Shown here: positions 22,163 through 35,027 of the stretch, piece after piece | Layout of the letters: every line of letters starts with the position of its first letter | Numbering within the stretch: the stretch's first letter is position 1 | Assembly (NCBI GenBank): GCA_977862235.1 | Contig: OZ374561.1 | Coordinates: 744,001 to 808,000 of the forward strand | Direction of reading: 5' to 3' | DNA: 64,000 bases | Source of the DNA: Dudresnaya verticillata | Taxonomy: Eukaryota | The notes under the pieces: model-generated | Seen by the model: the letters and a program-made list of their open reading frames with translations, nothing else | Told to the model about the DNA's origin: nothing | Databases searched by the model: none | Program-made: the position numbers and the translations under genes

Positions 22163-22774
22163 CGCATGTAGAAGCAGGACTGTACAATAATATGTTCTCA
22201 CTCACGAGCACCTGTGCTAAGCCCGGCATCCACTTGCTTTTCCATGCCCGACATTAGAGAGATTCTGTCCGCGGCACTTGCTCTTGTTCAGCAAGCAAGT
22301 ACAATGGGACAGTTGTCTCCGGGGAATGCTGCTATTCGTGCGGTGTAACGTAAGACAGGACTGTAATCTGACGTCTTGTGCGGGGTAGTCCTACAGCGTG
22401 GGGTACCACCGTGGAGCTTGATTTGACTTTGCGCTAGTATCATCTCCATCCTCACGGATGAGTACCAACTCTGTCATGTCGCTCGGCGGGCTCGTATTTC
22501 TGAGAGTACCTGGCAATTGAAGGGGAAGCATGGAACGTGCCTCTTGCAATCACGCTAACACAATCTGGGTGGCAGAACTCTGGATGACAGCTCGAAATCA
22601 CGGATCCCAGCTGGATAGCGCTCAGTTGCAAATGCCTTAACTGGAAGCTATTATGGAATGCAGGCAGCTGCGATATACTAAACACGTGAGTGCGGCTGTT
22701 ACAGCCGTTTTAGGCTGGAGTTTACAAGTTTTTCAGCAGTAAAGAGGATTTTGTTAGCTTTGACACGGCAATCC

Positions 22775-23698
22775 TCATCGCTTCCCGCTAGATTCGGTCT
22801 GGAGACCTGGGCGAACATTGAGACCCATTGAAGCATCAATGACAGCACCATGGAAAATGCCTGCTGGGCTCCGGGCGGCCAACCAGAACACGGCCGAGGC
22901 GATTTCGCCGGGTTGCAATAGCCTGCGCTTCGGCATGCTGTCCACAAAACCTACTGGGTCCTCGACCTTTGAGAGAGTACTTCTCCTAAACATCTCAGTC
23001 TCAGTAGCACCAGGGGAAATGCAGAGAACATCAATCTTGTCACGGACGTGCTGGGCAGCCAGATGCTTCGACAAGTACGCGGTCGCCGCCTTGCTCATAA
23101 GGTCAGCCGCGCAGTATTCCGGGAAGACAGCGCTTCCACCGCCAACCGACCCAATGAAAATGACGGATGCCTTCCCAGGGCCTTCTGGGCTCGTCCCACC
23201 CATAGAGAGCAAGTTCATCAGCGCATCCGTAACCCACAAGGGACCAAGAGCGTTGACACGCATGAGAGCTTCATCCTGGGCAGCGCGAGTCATCATCTGG
23301 GCAAGTGAGGCGCGGCCATTCTCGACCCCGTCACCGTTTTCCTTCGCCCCCTCTACCCCCTCGGCCACATACCGCTTCACAGTGCCAGATCCAAGAGCGG
23401 CGTTGTTGATCAGGACATGAATACCAGCCGGTCCAGCCCACTCCGTCGCGAACTCAGCAAACCGAGAAACGGAAGCGACGTCGCCCTGATCGAGGCGGGC
23501 CTTGGTAGCAGTCTCCCAGCTCTTCTCGATAGCTGCTGCGCCAGTGGAGCTAGACAGATAGGAGAACAAGACGCGGTGCCCCGCAGCGCAAAAGACATCG
23601 ACGATGCTACGGCCGATACCGGTGGAGCCACCGGTGACGACAACGTTGAGACGGCAGTTGTTGGTGGCGTCCATGGTTTCTGAAGTACCTTCACGCAT
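22775..23698 (-). CDS. Short-chain dehydrogenase/reductase with an atypical active site
   Basis: Motifs TGGSTGIG, NNAA, VNALG, ISPGATET. The YxxxK position reads DLMSK. Confidence 0.88.
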   Translation of the reverse strand: MREGTSETMDATNNCRLNVVVTGGSTGIGRSIVDVFCAAGHRVLFSYLSSSTGAAAIEKSWETATKARLDQGDVASVSRFAEFATEWAGPAGIHVLINNAALGSGTVKRYVAEGVEGAKENGDGVENGRASLAQMMTRAAQDEALMRVNALGPLWVTDALMNLLSMGGTSPEGPGKASVIFIGSVGGGSAVFPEYCAADLMSKAATAYLSKHLAAQHVRDKIDVLCISPGATETEMFRRSTLSKVEDPVGFVDSMPKRRLLQPGEIASAVFWLAARSPAGIFHGAVIDASMGLNVRPGLQTESSGKR

Positions 23699-25855
23699 TT
23701 CCAGAAGTCGGAGCAGGTTGGTTCGGGGAGTTGGTGTTGCTGGAATTAGGGCTCAGCCAAAGGTTTGAGAATTGATTAGCTGTTGCGTGCTCATCCTCGA
23801 GCTGCGAGGGAGGGAAGACTGGTCTTATAAGGAGACGAAGGAGACGGCCTGCTGGTCGAGAAGAGCAGACTTCAATCGCCAGGGACTGGCGGGCGGTCTG
23901 TAAGTCTGTTATGTGGTTGGCATGTTCGTGAGGCAATTCTATTGTGATACTATGCGTGTTCTTCTATTCCGTGCGACGTCATTCGCTCCGCTGGCAAATC
24001 AACTTTAAAATCAACTTTCTAGTTGCTTTTGAGAGGACAGTTTTGCTAATGCGAGCAAAGCCATGCCTTCACACTCGGGATTCCAACGTTTTTGCCCCGT
24101 CAGGTTGAAAACGACCTGAAGATTACCGTAGCACTACTCTCCGCAGCATACGCCATGCACACAATCTTTGCTTATGGCATCCGAGTTCTCGTTTGCTTGA
24201 GGCGGTGAGAAAAGCAAGTGGGCAAAACGATTGTCCGTAGTCCACAATCTTCAATCCATCGTTTCTGTTTTTTAGTTGCTCAGCGAGAGGACAACTTCCT
24301 CTCGCGTTGAAACTGCTAAACCTCATGCCACTCAATGCCCTCCAAAACGCGGAACACTATGGCGCGCCCTCGTTCGTCTACACAGCCCTGCCTGCTAGGT
24401 TCATTCGCTGTGCCTTCGCCACTTCGTAGTGACCTGCCATACGCCTGGTCCTCGGCAATTAGGAATGTCAGGGATCTCGAGGACAACGGCTTTCGTCATG
24501 GAAGCAATCGCCTCAGTATCGTGTCTCGAGTGAGCAGACATCTGAAGGAGTTCTTTGTCATATCCCGAATCTCACTCTAATAACAAAGTCAACTTCGTGC
24601 CATCGCGTCATGATCGCGACCTCAGTTTTGCTGAAGCAGACATTAGATCTTTTTCGAGGCGTTCAAAAGCCACAGTTACACCGTGGCGTGGCATGCAGCG
24701 ACTTTGCAACTTTCCATGACATCTGATGAACAACATCCAGGGTGAGCTTCGGTTGCAGGACGTTTAAGAAATTTGAGTTGTGGGGTGCCTTCAGCAATGT
24801 ATCACGTTTCCTGGTAGAGTATATTTCTTGACTGATGACTGCACAGGGAGGAAGTACGTTAACCTCGCGTTCTTCTTACGAGATACATCTCAGCCTGAAT
24901 TTTCTTGGACATGACTGGAAGCGAAGAGGGCAAGGAGAGATAATAGAATATAAAAGGTGTTCTACCTCCTGGATTGGCATCCTCTTGATAGCGCGACAGT
25001 GGTGTGGGACGAAACCCTTCAGTCGTGCTGTTGCCATCGAGCACATCTATGGACCATGGCCCCAGGAATTTACACCTATTAATCTCAGCAGTCGGTCTAA
25101 ACCGTAACAAAGATTCCTCATACACTGTTGTACAAACTTTAGCCCAAGCTTGTACATTTAGCTAGATATGTAGCTGTCGGATTTTAAGCTTTTCTGAGTA
25201 CAAGCTTTCCTGAATACCGTTTCAAGCAGTTGTACTAATGCAGCTCAGCTAGCAGTTTGGTATTGCTGCAACCGAAAGTTCCAGCTTCAGAACGCCTGGA
25301 CTTGCAGCCTTTCCCTAGACTTCCAGCCATAGCAATTCACCAACAGGGGTGACAACCGCTGCGCTTGGAAAGTTCTAGAATCTTGCTCTTCTCTCAATAG
25401 CATTTCAGCTCGGCTACAAAAAGCCTCTCTCAGTCCTTTCCACAGTAAAGGGCAGACAACACCTTACCACACAACTCCCACATTTACCTGCACTTCCTTT
25501 AGTGCGCAACATACACCTCTATAGAGAAACACTGTCTTTCGGGCGCTGAACCAGCACAACCTAAAGTATTAATGAACTGCTGGGGTTTTGTAGGTTGAAT
25601 GCGTCGTAGTTGCTCAACCCTCTACATCAGAAGTTTATTTCAAATGAGATACTGTGGCATGATTCCTTTTGCCGAAGAAGTACCTTGGGCCAGGCAGGTG
25701 GCACAATTGGTGCCACTGTACTAGTTTACATAAACCCATGTGATCGGGTGCGACAGCAAGCTTGTGATTTTGTCATGCAATGGGGAAAATCCCTTATAGT
25801 GCATTCGATTTGGACCCAGGGGAATATACAAGAGGGTCACCTCTTCTTGTCTACA

Positions 25856-26143
25856 CTAATCAATTACGGTAGCTGCAGTTCCGGGCATAGTTGTTAATAA
25901 ATGGAAGCGGTCGTACGTGACCCCAAGTGGTACAAGGGAGAGGCGGAAAAAGCCGCGGTGGTGATTATTGCGGGTCCACTTGATCTTCGCATTGTCTCCG
26001 CGCTTCCAAACAGCACCTGGAGTATCCATGCTATTTGCCATCCCGGAGTTGTACCCCGTTGGACATAGTGCCCCGGTTTTTTGCGCACAGTTAGAGCAGT
26101 AAAAGGGTGCTACGGAGGGCTGTCCATTAACCAGTGGATTGTG
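25856..26143 (-). pseudogene. Truncated fragment resembling a histidine-brace LPMO-like secreted protein
   Basis: Frame reads HNPLVNGQP...CSNC...LCPTGYNSGM...AVWKRGDNAKIKWTRNNHHRGFFRLSLVP. There is an in-frame stop just upstream, no signal peptide, and early termination. Confidence 0.35.
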
Positions 26144-27179
26144 GTTTCCATTGCATCGATGTCTTTACAACGGTTTGCAGCCTTTTTCTCTATTATCTCT
26201 TCTTCAAATCATTTATGCAGTAAGAAGCCCCGCCCTCGCGCAAAGTACAGTTCACCAATTCTTTTTAAATTACCGTTAATGCAGTAGACAGTGGACCGAA
26301 AGAAACAAAAAAGCACAACATTATCTCAAAAACAAAAGAAGTGCTCGCCGAGATGCCTTGCCATTGTTCAATCAGAAGCTTATCTTTCTCCTGCGGATTG
26401 TGCCTGTGTCAGAAAAGGGCACAAATCCTGACCCTTGGAATGGTCTCTACGTCCAATTTTCTATGGTCTCAGCAGATCTGATCCTCAGATCTGGAGCAAT
26501 TAGTGAAGTAGCTCTTAAATCTCTTTTCACTTCAGAGTCACACTTCATGCTCACAAAATGGTGATGAATGAATCTGTGACTTTGAGGGCACGCTTTACAT
26601 TGGATCACCAATATCTTTTCGTTGGCAAAGCACATTCTACGGTATATCTCTCGCGCAGTGAGCCAGAACAAAATTGCTGCTTTCGTACTTTCCCGAGCTA
26701 ACAACCTGGGACTGGATTGTTAGCGAAGGCGGACTGCATGGAATTGCTCACGAACGTAACAAAAGTTGCATTGTCGATGAATCTGTCTCCGCAGGAGACT
26801 AATAAGAGCCCACCGTCCCGCGGGCACCTATACCCATGTTTTAACTATGCATGCCAAGATGTTTGCTGAAAAAAAATGTTACCTCGTGAGGGCCTTTATG
26901 GAAGGCACTCTAGGCATTGGAAATACGCAATGCCGACGTCTTTAAGATAGCAATAAAAGTTTGCAAGGACGGTGGTGATCAAATCTCGACCTGTCTTCCC
27001 ATGACGAGTCGCAAACGTCTCCGTTCCTGCAGAGGGGAGCAAATACACAACGCACTGTACCAAAAAAAAAAAGAGGCACAGGCATGATCCCCCGACGGGT
27101 AGGACAAAAGTGCCCCCACACATTCCGCGCCCCGAGCTGAAAATTACGCATGCCCTCATCAAAGCGCTGAGACGCGTTC

Positions 27180-28289
27180 TTAGGAAGCAGCCTTCGGTGC
27201 TGGAGCAGACGTTGTCGGCCCAGTTTTAGCCTGTGGCTGTTTCAACTCATCGAGATGTTCCCGGTACAAAGCACCGTATTTCCGGAACAACGCCATCTCG
27301 ATTTTCCGAACGAAACGTCCCTTGACACGCGGCCGACTATCCGCAAGCTGCTTGCGGCATTCGTATCTCACTCTTTTTGTGAATGACCGGTTCGCCCGCT
27401 TGCTGCGGAACCGTGCTAGAGCCTCCATCCGTCGCTTCTTTCGTTGCTCAGCATGTCTGGTCTCCTCGTCCTTCTCAGTCTCCTCCTCAGTATTATTTGC
27501 CTTTGTCCCTGAATCTGAAGAATCTGTGGGCTTCTCCTCGTCGCTCTCCCTAGCCCGCTTCTTTCCTACTACACTACTTCCCGAGGTCGACGAAGAAAGG
27601 GTCGCCTCATTCTTGACCACAACGTCCTCCTCCTTCTTCACTTCCTTACCAGTCCGGTTAACAACAGTGGCGGCCCTCACCTTGTCCTTCCCTGACTTTG
27701 GATTAGGAGCCGAAACAACCTTCGGCGCATTGCCAACAGCGTCCGGCCCGGGGCGGGCAGACGAGTGAGGTTCTGACACATCAGGCACAACATGCTCTAT
27801 GTTCTCTGGTACAACGCTCTCCCATGAAATGTCACCATAGAAACTCTTGCCCAAACTCTTGCTTTCAGCAAACATGGCGTCATCGTCGATGGCACACAAG
27901 GCTGGCATCTTGCCTCCCAAGCCGCCCTCAAAGTCGCAAAAGTCATACTCTGCGGCGTCCTCAAACGATACTGGGACATTGCTTGGAAGATCCATTAGGA
28001 GCATCTCGTTCGACGAAGTGGGGTCATCCAGTTCTGATGAGATTTCTTCAGTCTTCGAGGGAAGTGTGGCGACGTCTGGGACGAGGGCGACTTCAGAGTC
28101 ATCGTTGATGCTCGAGCCGTCTGCGGAATCGTCATCCAAGACTGGACGGCGAACATGGCGGCGAGCCAAGCGGTTGGCTGAGTGAACCTCTTCGTCACAG
28201 GCAGGGCACAGGAAGCAAGCATCGGCAGGGCAAAAGACGGTGGCAATCTTTGCGGTGTCCTCAGGACACATCTCACAGACACGACCCAT
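27180..28289 (-). CDS. CONSTANS-like B-box zinc finger + CCT domain protein
   Basis: B-box CEMC...FCPADACFLCPACDEEVHSANRLARRH. CCT RMEALARFRSKRANRSFTKRVRYECRKQLADSRPRVKGRF. Confidence 0.94.
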   Translation of the reverse strand: MGRVCEMCPEDTAKIATVFCPADACFLCPACDEEVHSANRLARRHVRRPVLDDDSADGSSINDDSEVALVPDVATLPSKTEEISSELDDPTSSNEMLLMDLPSNVPVSFEDAAEYDFCDFEGGLGGKMPALCAIDDDAMFAESKSLGKSFYGDISWESVVPENIEHVVPDVSEPHSSARPGPDAVGNAPKVVSAPNPKSGKDKVRAATVVNRTGKEVKKEEDVVVKNEATLSSSTSGSSVVGKKRARESDEEKPTDSSDSGTKANNTEEETEKDEETRHAEQRKKRRMEALARFRSKRANRSFTKRVRYECRKQLADSRPRVKGRFVRKIEMALFRKYGALYREHLDELKQPQAKTGPTTSAPAPKAAS

Positions 28290-31200
28290 GTTGAGTTGGT
28301 TCGTGGGATTGGTGATGGGAGGGAAGGCGTGCTAGATAGATATTGAAATAGGAAAAACTGTTTTGAGTGATTAAGTTAGAGAATGGTTGATGAGGGTAGA
28401 GCTGAAACGAAGTGGTGTGTTTAAGATAAGCGATGAGATTCGATCGGAGCGGGGTGTAGCATTGAAAGGCAAAGAGATTTCGGGTGAAAGGGTTGTTGCA
28501 GATGTACAAGGTGGCGGAACAAGAGCTCGAGAGGGAGGTTGGGGAGGGCGGGGGAAAACGGGGAGAGTTTGGCACGGGGGAAACACAAGATGCACTCAGC
28601 AAGGCAAGGCTGAACGCCGGTGAGCAAGCAGAAGGCACTTATGCCCGAGTGTTGGTAAGTGAAAGGAAAAAAGAGTCGCCGTCTGGTGCAGGCGGGCAAG
28701 CGACACAGGACTCTCGGGGACAGGACGGCTGAAGGTTGTCTGCGACTGCGAGATGTGCGCAGCTTGTCAGAGGGGCTGCTGACGGTCCCTCGACTCAAGC
28801 GGGCCGAAGGAGTTGCGTTTGACAAGGCGGAACGAAGGGAGGCGGCACACAGGGATCTGGGGGAGATGCGCTTGTCGGGCGGCAAGACGGCGTCAATCCG
28901 CAAGTTGCTGGAATTGCAGAATAATTTGGGCGTTCCACCGCTCGCTTCTCATACTGTTGGTGCGAGCCGCGCAGGCTACAGCGAGCGGAGCTGCCAAAAG
29001 GCCGCAGTCACAAAGATTTTTTCACCGTTCAGCCTTTCGAATCGCCTCTCGCCGCGCTCGTCGTTGTCTTTGCTTTGGGCAAACCGCCTCTATTGCGCCT
29101 ACATGGGCGTTCAACGCCGCAGACTTGCAGTCGCCGTTCCCATTGGCTATCGTGTTTACGCCTTCCTCCCGAAAACTACCCTAAAACACCCTTTCTGCAT
29201 GACCGCTGCATTTCGATTTACCTCAAACTACCCCACTATGCTTCATTTTATGCATTCACCATGCATGGTATCACACGCAATATTCGCCGTGCCGCTTCGC
29301 TACCCGCCGAGCTAGTGGAACGGTGGACTCACCCCTTCCGCTGCTAGGCCATATCTCGCCCCCAATCAATTTCCAACGAAACATGCACCTGCGACCTTCC
29401 GAGGAGCATGGAGGCGCAACGTGGGAGAAAAGGTACGTCCTTGCAGGTCATGTGTAAAGATATTTTTATGTGAGGGCTTCCAAACTGCCAAGTGGATGCA
29501 AAATACTGTAGAGCATCTCTATTGGATAGAACGGTTCCTGAGAAGCGAAGCGTCGCTACCGCAAGATTCTGAACCGGTGGACGCCAACGCTCCCGCCCCA
29601 ACCGTCACGCCTCTACCAGTCGCAACCATCGTTTTCTCCCATTCGATTGAGCCTTTCTGCTCCGCCGCGCACATGTGCCGATGTATAGCCCTTTCTCCCA
29701 GGGCGACTCCCTCTTGACTCAATCTTTTCCGGAATATATCGCGGCCCGCTCTGCACTATCCATGGTTGATGCAACAGTTGCAGCATTAACAGCTCTCGCA
29801 AATGCTCTCCGAAGTCCCACGCTTCCGTCTTGCTATGAGCCTTTTCCTATTCATGCAAACTGCAATCTTCACATGCATAGCAAACAAAGTATGATTCCGA
29901 TCTGAGCAAAAGCCTCCGTATGAACCATTGGTCAAATCTATTCACTGAATAGGTTTTCCTGGTCGAGGCTCACACTGCTCGTCTGCTCTCACTGCAGTTT
30001 AACATTAGTGCCGTCGCCTCACGCCTTGCGGTCAACAACAACATTCAGCAGTCCGCTGCCACCACTGTCGCGACAACCACCACCAACTCTGCCATCGGAG
30101 TATTCATCGTAGACGCCTAGCTTCGCGCACGCAGAGACAGACAGATATTGCCCCATTTAAAGGAGTGGTGTCTTGTCGATAGGCGCCTCTATTGTTGCAA
30201 TATGTTGCACTGTTCTGCTTACCAACCATCTGCATGAATGCTTGGCGCAACATTTTGCACCTCGGCGAGCAATATGCACCGCATCCGTACCTCACACTCC
30301 GGATACCCAAAACCTCGATTCAGAAAATATTCCGCTGCCATCCTCGCTTAGTGCGTCATCTCCCTATCTGGATCTCCAAGTTGTACCCTGGATTCTGGCG
30401 TTATCTGTCCTCGCATTCCTCACGTCGGCCCTGCACGATAGGTGCCGCAATCTACAGGGCCTTCGCAGGGCTTCGTCAACCCCCATGCTGCAACTGACTA
30501 GCAACACCGGTTCTCACTGGTTCATGCGAGCATGTGCAGCTATCCTGGTGGAAACTGGAACAGACTCACGACTTTAAACGGAGTCGAGGATGTCGCAAGG
30601 CATGACGCATCACAGTAATTTCCCTCTGGCAACTACAAACAATACGCTAATTAGGGCTCACTGTCCTATCTGGACTTACCATCAACTCTGTCCGTCTTGA
30701 TAGTATTCATTCTAGCCATGCTGTTGAACAAATAGCCGTGTTGCATCTCAGGTGCAACGCTTTCTTGGACATTTCTATCGTTGCTCCAAGCCGACAAGTC
30801 GTTGCGTGCAGACCTTCGCGAGAAAATGTCGAAGTGTTTTGAGTCGATGTGCTTTGTCGGAGATTATAGTTCAAAGGCATCATGTTTGAGCAATCCCTAC
30901 GACTTGCCTAGCATTATCACGCAAGTATTTGGAAGCTCAAACAAGGCCTATCCTACAGCGGGAGAAAGAGAGAGAGAGGCCTTAACCCTTTAACCCGCCA
31001 GGCTGATTCATGCCGAAGCAAGCCTCGCTCGTTTTCATGAGAAGCAGCAACTGACGCCCCTTGGATACTTTCATTGGATATGCCGTAGCGGCAGCTTGGA
31101 GTCGCCCTAAAGATGTCCAACCTCCCACTCGGAACCGGTGCAACGCCTCGTGCGTTCTGGACCGCCCGTCGCTGAGCGAAACTGTTGTTAGATCCGCGCA

Positions 31201-32824
31201 TATGCTGCAAATTTTGCAGTGCCCCGGCGAGCAGCCAATAGCTAACGGCTATCTATTCCTGGCAGATCCTCAGTCTCGCGGCTATTGCCGATGGCGGAGT
31301 CTTATCTTGGAGCAAAACGAATTACACGCTGAAATCTGTTCAGTTGCTGCCTTCGAATCCGGGCCTGAGTCAGTGCGTGGAAGGGATGCTTTTTGAAAGC
31401 TTTGCTCGACGAAGTCCGTGATCGTTGCGGTTCATTCAGCTCTATACGGAGCCAATCATGTCGAGTACACGTAGAACGCTGCAGGGCCAAATAGACTCGC
31501 TCACTGGCTCACTACATATATCCGAATAGTTTGGGCCCGGGCCTTGCAGTATCCTGAAAAATGCACCGAACCTTTACGGACCACATCCCGGTAGTTCTGA
31601 TATCGTTATTCGAAAGGTTTCCTGTTTCCGATGGCTTGACCTGAAGCAAATCCAAAAGGGGCGAAATCTTGCATATGTTCTAGCATACTTACGAAAAGAG
31701 AACATCGGAAAATCAACTCCCTTTCAAAGATGTTGAATCATCATGCCCTTCTGAATCTCTCACTGGGTTAGGTCGGTGGCTTCCGTCAGTAGTCTAGGAC
31801 AATCTGTACAGGCAAATGTTATTCAATATAACACGCCTACATTGAAGAGTGTCACCAAGTGTTCGGATCGTATTCGGCTCCTTCTCGCCTGAAGACGTAA
31901 AGCTTGTATTGGGGTCAACAACCAACTGCACAAATGCTTCAGACTTGGTTTGAATATTCCCTTTTGCTATGCCCGCTAAACAAAACAGACTTTCTGACCT
32001 CGAAAGTATGCATGAAAATCTACTGGTGTGAAACTGGGTCGGCTACCCTTAAGGGCATGGGCTTCAGTAATACCTTGCTTTCTCCAGCAGTTGTGGAATG
32101 ATGGGACAAGCAGCCATTACGGCACTTTGCCTATTGAAAAGGCTCAAACAGCGTGGTGGAAATGTCACTGCTGCCCTTGGGAACACAGGTTGTTTGTACG
32201 GGTACATTTCCGCCTTGACTGACAAAAATCCTTGTGTTCACACCCGGCTGTCTTGACTTCGATGCGAAGAGCAAGAGAAATGTGGATAGTTGCATTTGTG
32301 TACTTGGGTACGGCAAAAAGGTACGGCAAAAAGGAGCTTCCCGAGAGATCACGGTGTGCGTGGGGAAAAGCTCAGCTCACATTGGACATTGATGGTCAAG
32401 GTCTGGCATTTCTACAAACAGGTATAATCACTATTGCGATGAGGCACTGGGCTTCGGAGCAGGCTAGAGCTCTATTGAGCAGCAGTGTATGAGCCCACTG
32501 AATGCAAGCATCGGTGTGCGACAGGAATAGTACAGTTGTTGTCAACATTGTTGTATCCATGTTTCGTCGCGGTGCGCTTGGCTGGAGAGGCTCGACATTT
32601 GGGTACGAGACTTGAATGAAGGGATTGCAGAGTAATAATGCTCACCCTGAGCTTGGTGGTGTGGGAGTTACAATGAGAACTCCTAGTCCCCGACAATAGA
32701 CTGCAGTACTTGTCGCAAGCACGACAAAGAAGATCACAGCGACAGTCATAGATCATGCAAAACGATGCAGTTTCTCCCATGGATGTCCGCTGACAAACTC
32801 TGAGCGGAGTCGCAACCTTGAGTC

Positions 32825-32901
32825 AGGATCACTGGCGGCGTCATACTCGTAGGATCACTGGCGGCGCCCTACGCGTAGGATCACTGGCGGCACCCTACGC
32901 G
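32825..32901. repeat. Tandem repeat, 3 x 26 bp
   Basis: aggatcactggcggcgtcatactcgt / aggatcactggcggcgccctacgcgt / aggatcactggcggcaccctacgcg. Confidence 0.92.
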
Positions 32902-33455
32902 ACTATTGGCACGTTTGTCAGGGTTACAGCTAAAAATGCCAAGACGCTCAGAGAGAGTCGGTGTCCGTTGTGAATCGGACATGAAAAGAGTACAGAACCA
33001 CTTTCCCGCTTGCACTCCGCGCGAGGATCTGGCATCTCGCTGTCGCAATACCCGCGAAACAGAAGTGTGCAGCACTGGCGCATCAATTCCATTGGATGAT
33101 TCTGCGCTCAAGGGTACCAAGGGTAACGTGCTCGTTCTTTCTCCGACCACTCGCAGGCGACTCAAATGCAGCTCTGACGTCACTATTCGCCTTTGTTTTG
33201 CTCCACTCCTCTGCCTTGCTCCTCCCGATGAGCAGTCCCAGTCCTATTAGCCCCATTGCATGCCCACCAGATGCCGTACCTCTGTCCTGGTGTACAGAGA
33301 AGAGCCTGAAATAGAGCGGAATAGCTCTAGTAGATTATTTCGCCTTTGGTGGCCCATGCTCTGTTTTGTCACGCCCTCAAGCCGATCCAACAATCTCGCC
33401 TTGAGCAATCCTGCTGTGAGCATCTTCGCAGTCCAGCAATCTTCTCATCACAGCA

Positions 33456-33911
33456 ATGCCTCCTTCGAAAGTCCCGCCTCGCAGGCTCAACCTAGCCAAC
33501 TATCCGATAACCGACGACTGTGCTCAGCTGCTGAGGCCTACCCGCACAACCTGCGAAACTGAACACCCACGGCGACTGTACGCAAAGCTGATAGCTGATG
33601 CAGAGGTCGCTTCCGCGGGGAAGGGTTTGCGCTCTCTCGGGCATCGGGTGCCAACGATGGCAGAGCCAACATTGCGCGCTGTGCACGATGCTGTGAGTAT
33701 CCGGTGCGCGACTGCACGCACTCAGTATCGCAAACTATTCCCTGAGGCCAGCGACGCTGAACTAGGCTTGCTTGATACAGAGTTGACCGCTCGAATGTAC
33801 TGCTTGTATCTCAAGTGTTTTGTTGTGTGGAGAGCCAAGGACGCTCAGGCCTTTACTACCGCGTTGAGGATGGAGGCGCGAGACGTGCCGAGGGCGCCAC
33901 CAGCGGCGTAG
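33456..33911 (+). CDS. Hypothetical 151-aa helical protein
   Basis: ATG-initiated ORF with protein-like composition. No motif recognised. Confidence 0.35.
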   Translation: MPPSKVPPRRLNLANYPITDDCAQLLRPTRTTCETEHPRRLYAKLIADAEVASAGKGLRSLGHRVPTMAEPTLRAVHDAVSIRCATARTQYRKLFPEASDAELGLLDTELTARMYCLYLKCFVVWRAKDAQAFTTALRMEARDVPRAPPAA

Positions 33912-34255
33912 AGAGCCAATTGTTCATACGGTCTAAGGCATGGCTTTCTTGCTCACTCTGTCTTGATTTCTGTTTCGTTTCATGCAAGCTGTGAGCTGGC
34001 ACTCGGGTGGCCTGGGGGCTGTCCTCTGCAGGATACATCTTCACAAGCGAGCAGATCCTTCGACTGCAGGGCTTGTCCGTCGCAACCACATCGTTTACGA
34101 CGTGTCGGTTTCATATGGCTAAGGTTTGACAGCGATGGTGCCAGTTTCGAAAGTATGCCAATCCAGGGGATATTGGCGTGCCCTCGACGTCATGCAGCTT
34201 GCGAAACCCTGGTCATCTTCAGCATATTCTTGGGAGTAGCTTTGATACAACACCA

Positions 34256-34777
34256 TTACGTGCAGTGGCCGCGATGACGACAAACCGCAACCCGTGATTT
34301 GGGGCGGACTATGTTTCCTTCCTCCTCAGCAATAGCGCGCGCCAACACGGCATTGTAAACATGGTGTCTTGATTTACCTTGAAGGTACCTTACAATCCAC
34401 GCAAGCTCAGCCATGCTGCAATTGACAATAATAGCACCATAAGCGAGGTCACCCGTGCGCGGATGCACAGCGCGGATGACTCCGGCAAGCGCCCTGAAGG
34501 AAGGCGCGGTCACTGTGAAGAGAAAAAAAAGATCGGCCCAAAAAATATCCTTTGCGGTTTGACGACACTTGGCTGGTTCAGCGGTCCTGTTGAACAGATC
34601 CAGGAGGTTCCAAAATTCTACAATTTCTGCTTCGGTTTCCCCGGGCCAGAGAACGGGGGCGGGCGACAACGACGGCCAGCCCGCAGCAAAAGCAGACTCT
34701 GTGGCCGCCAAGACGAAAGGCGGGAGCTAGTCTGCCTTCAAAGTAACGCCGCAACGAGTCATTGAAGCGCGTTGCAT
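34256..34777 (-). pseudogene. Possible pseudogene with an in-frame nonsense codon
   Basis: ATGs at 34777 and 34762 are in frame with the 151-aa ORF 34256-34711 but separated from it by a single TAG at 34727-34729 (MQRASMTRCGVTLKAD*LPPFVLAATES...). Confidence 0.3.
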
Positions 34778-35027
34778 TGGGTACCTTGACCGCTTGTTCT
34801 GCTTCTGCACACGTCTTCGTAGCGGTGTGTTGCGGTTTGTAGACTTCTTTCGAGTTTTTTGGCTGAAGCTTGACGCGCAGAACATTGAATTGTACTAGAC
34901 GCGGGATTGCGATACAACCGCAAGCGATTTCTGCGAGCAAGTCCCTATAACTGTGATCTGGAAAGCGTCAAAAGCTGTCCAAAACCTTCCTTATCCAACT
35001 GAGCGCCCTTTTTCTAACTCACCTGCC

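Noticed and set aside
31345..31375. tRNA T-loop-like TTCGAATCC
   Set aside because: No pairing T-stem or cloverleaf around it.
30500..32500. Decayed gene or transposon
   Set aside because: There are short protein-like fragments with many stops, but no family motif I can name.
32825..32901. CRISPR-like array
   Set aside because: The variable parts are only 11 bp and similar to each other, there are no cas genes, and the context is eukaryotic.
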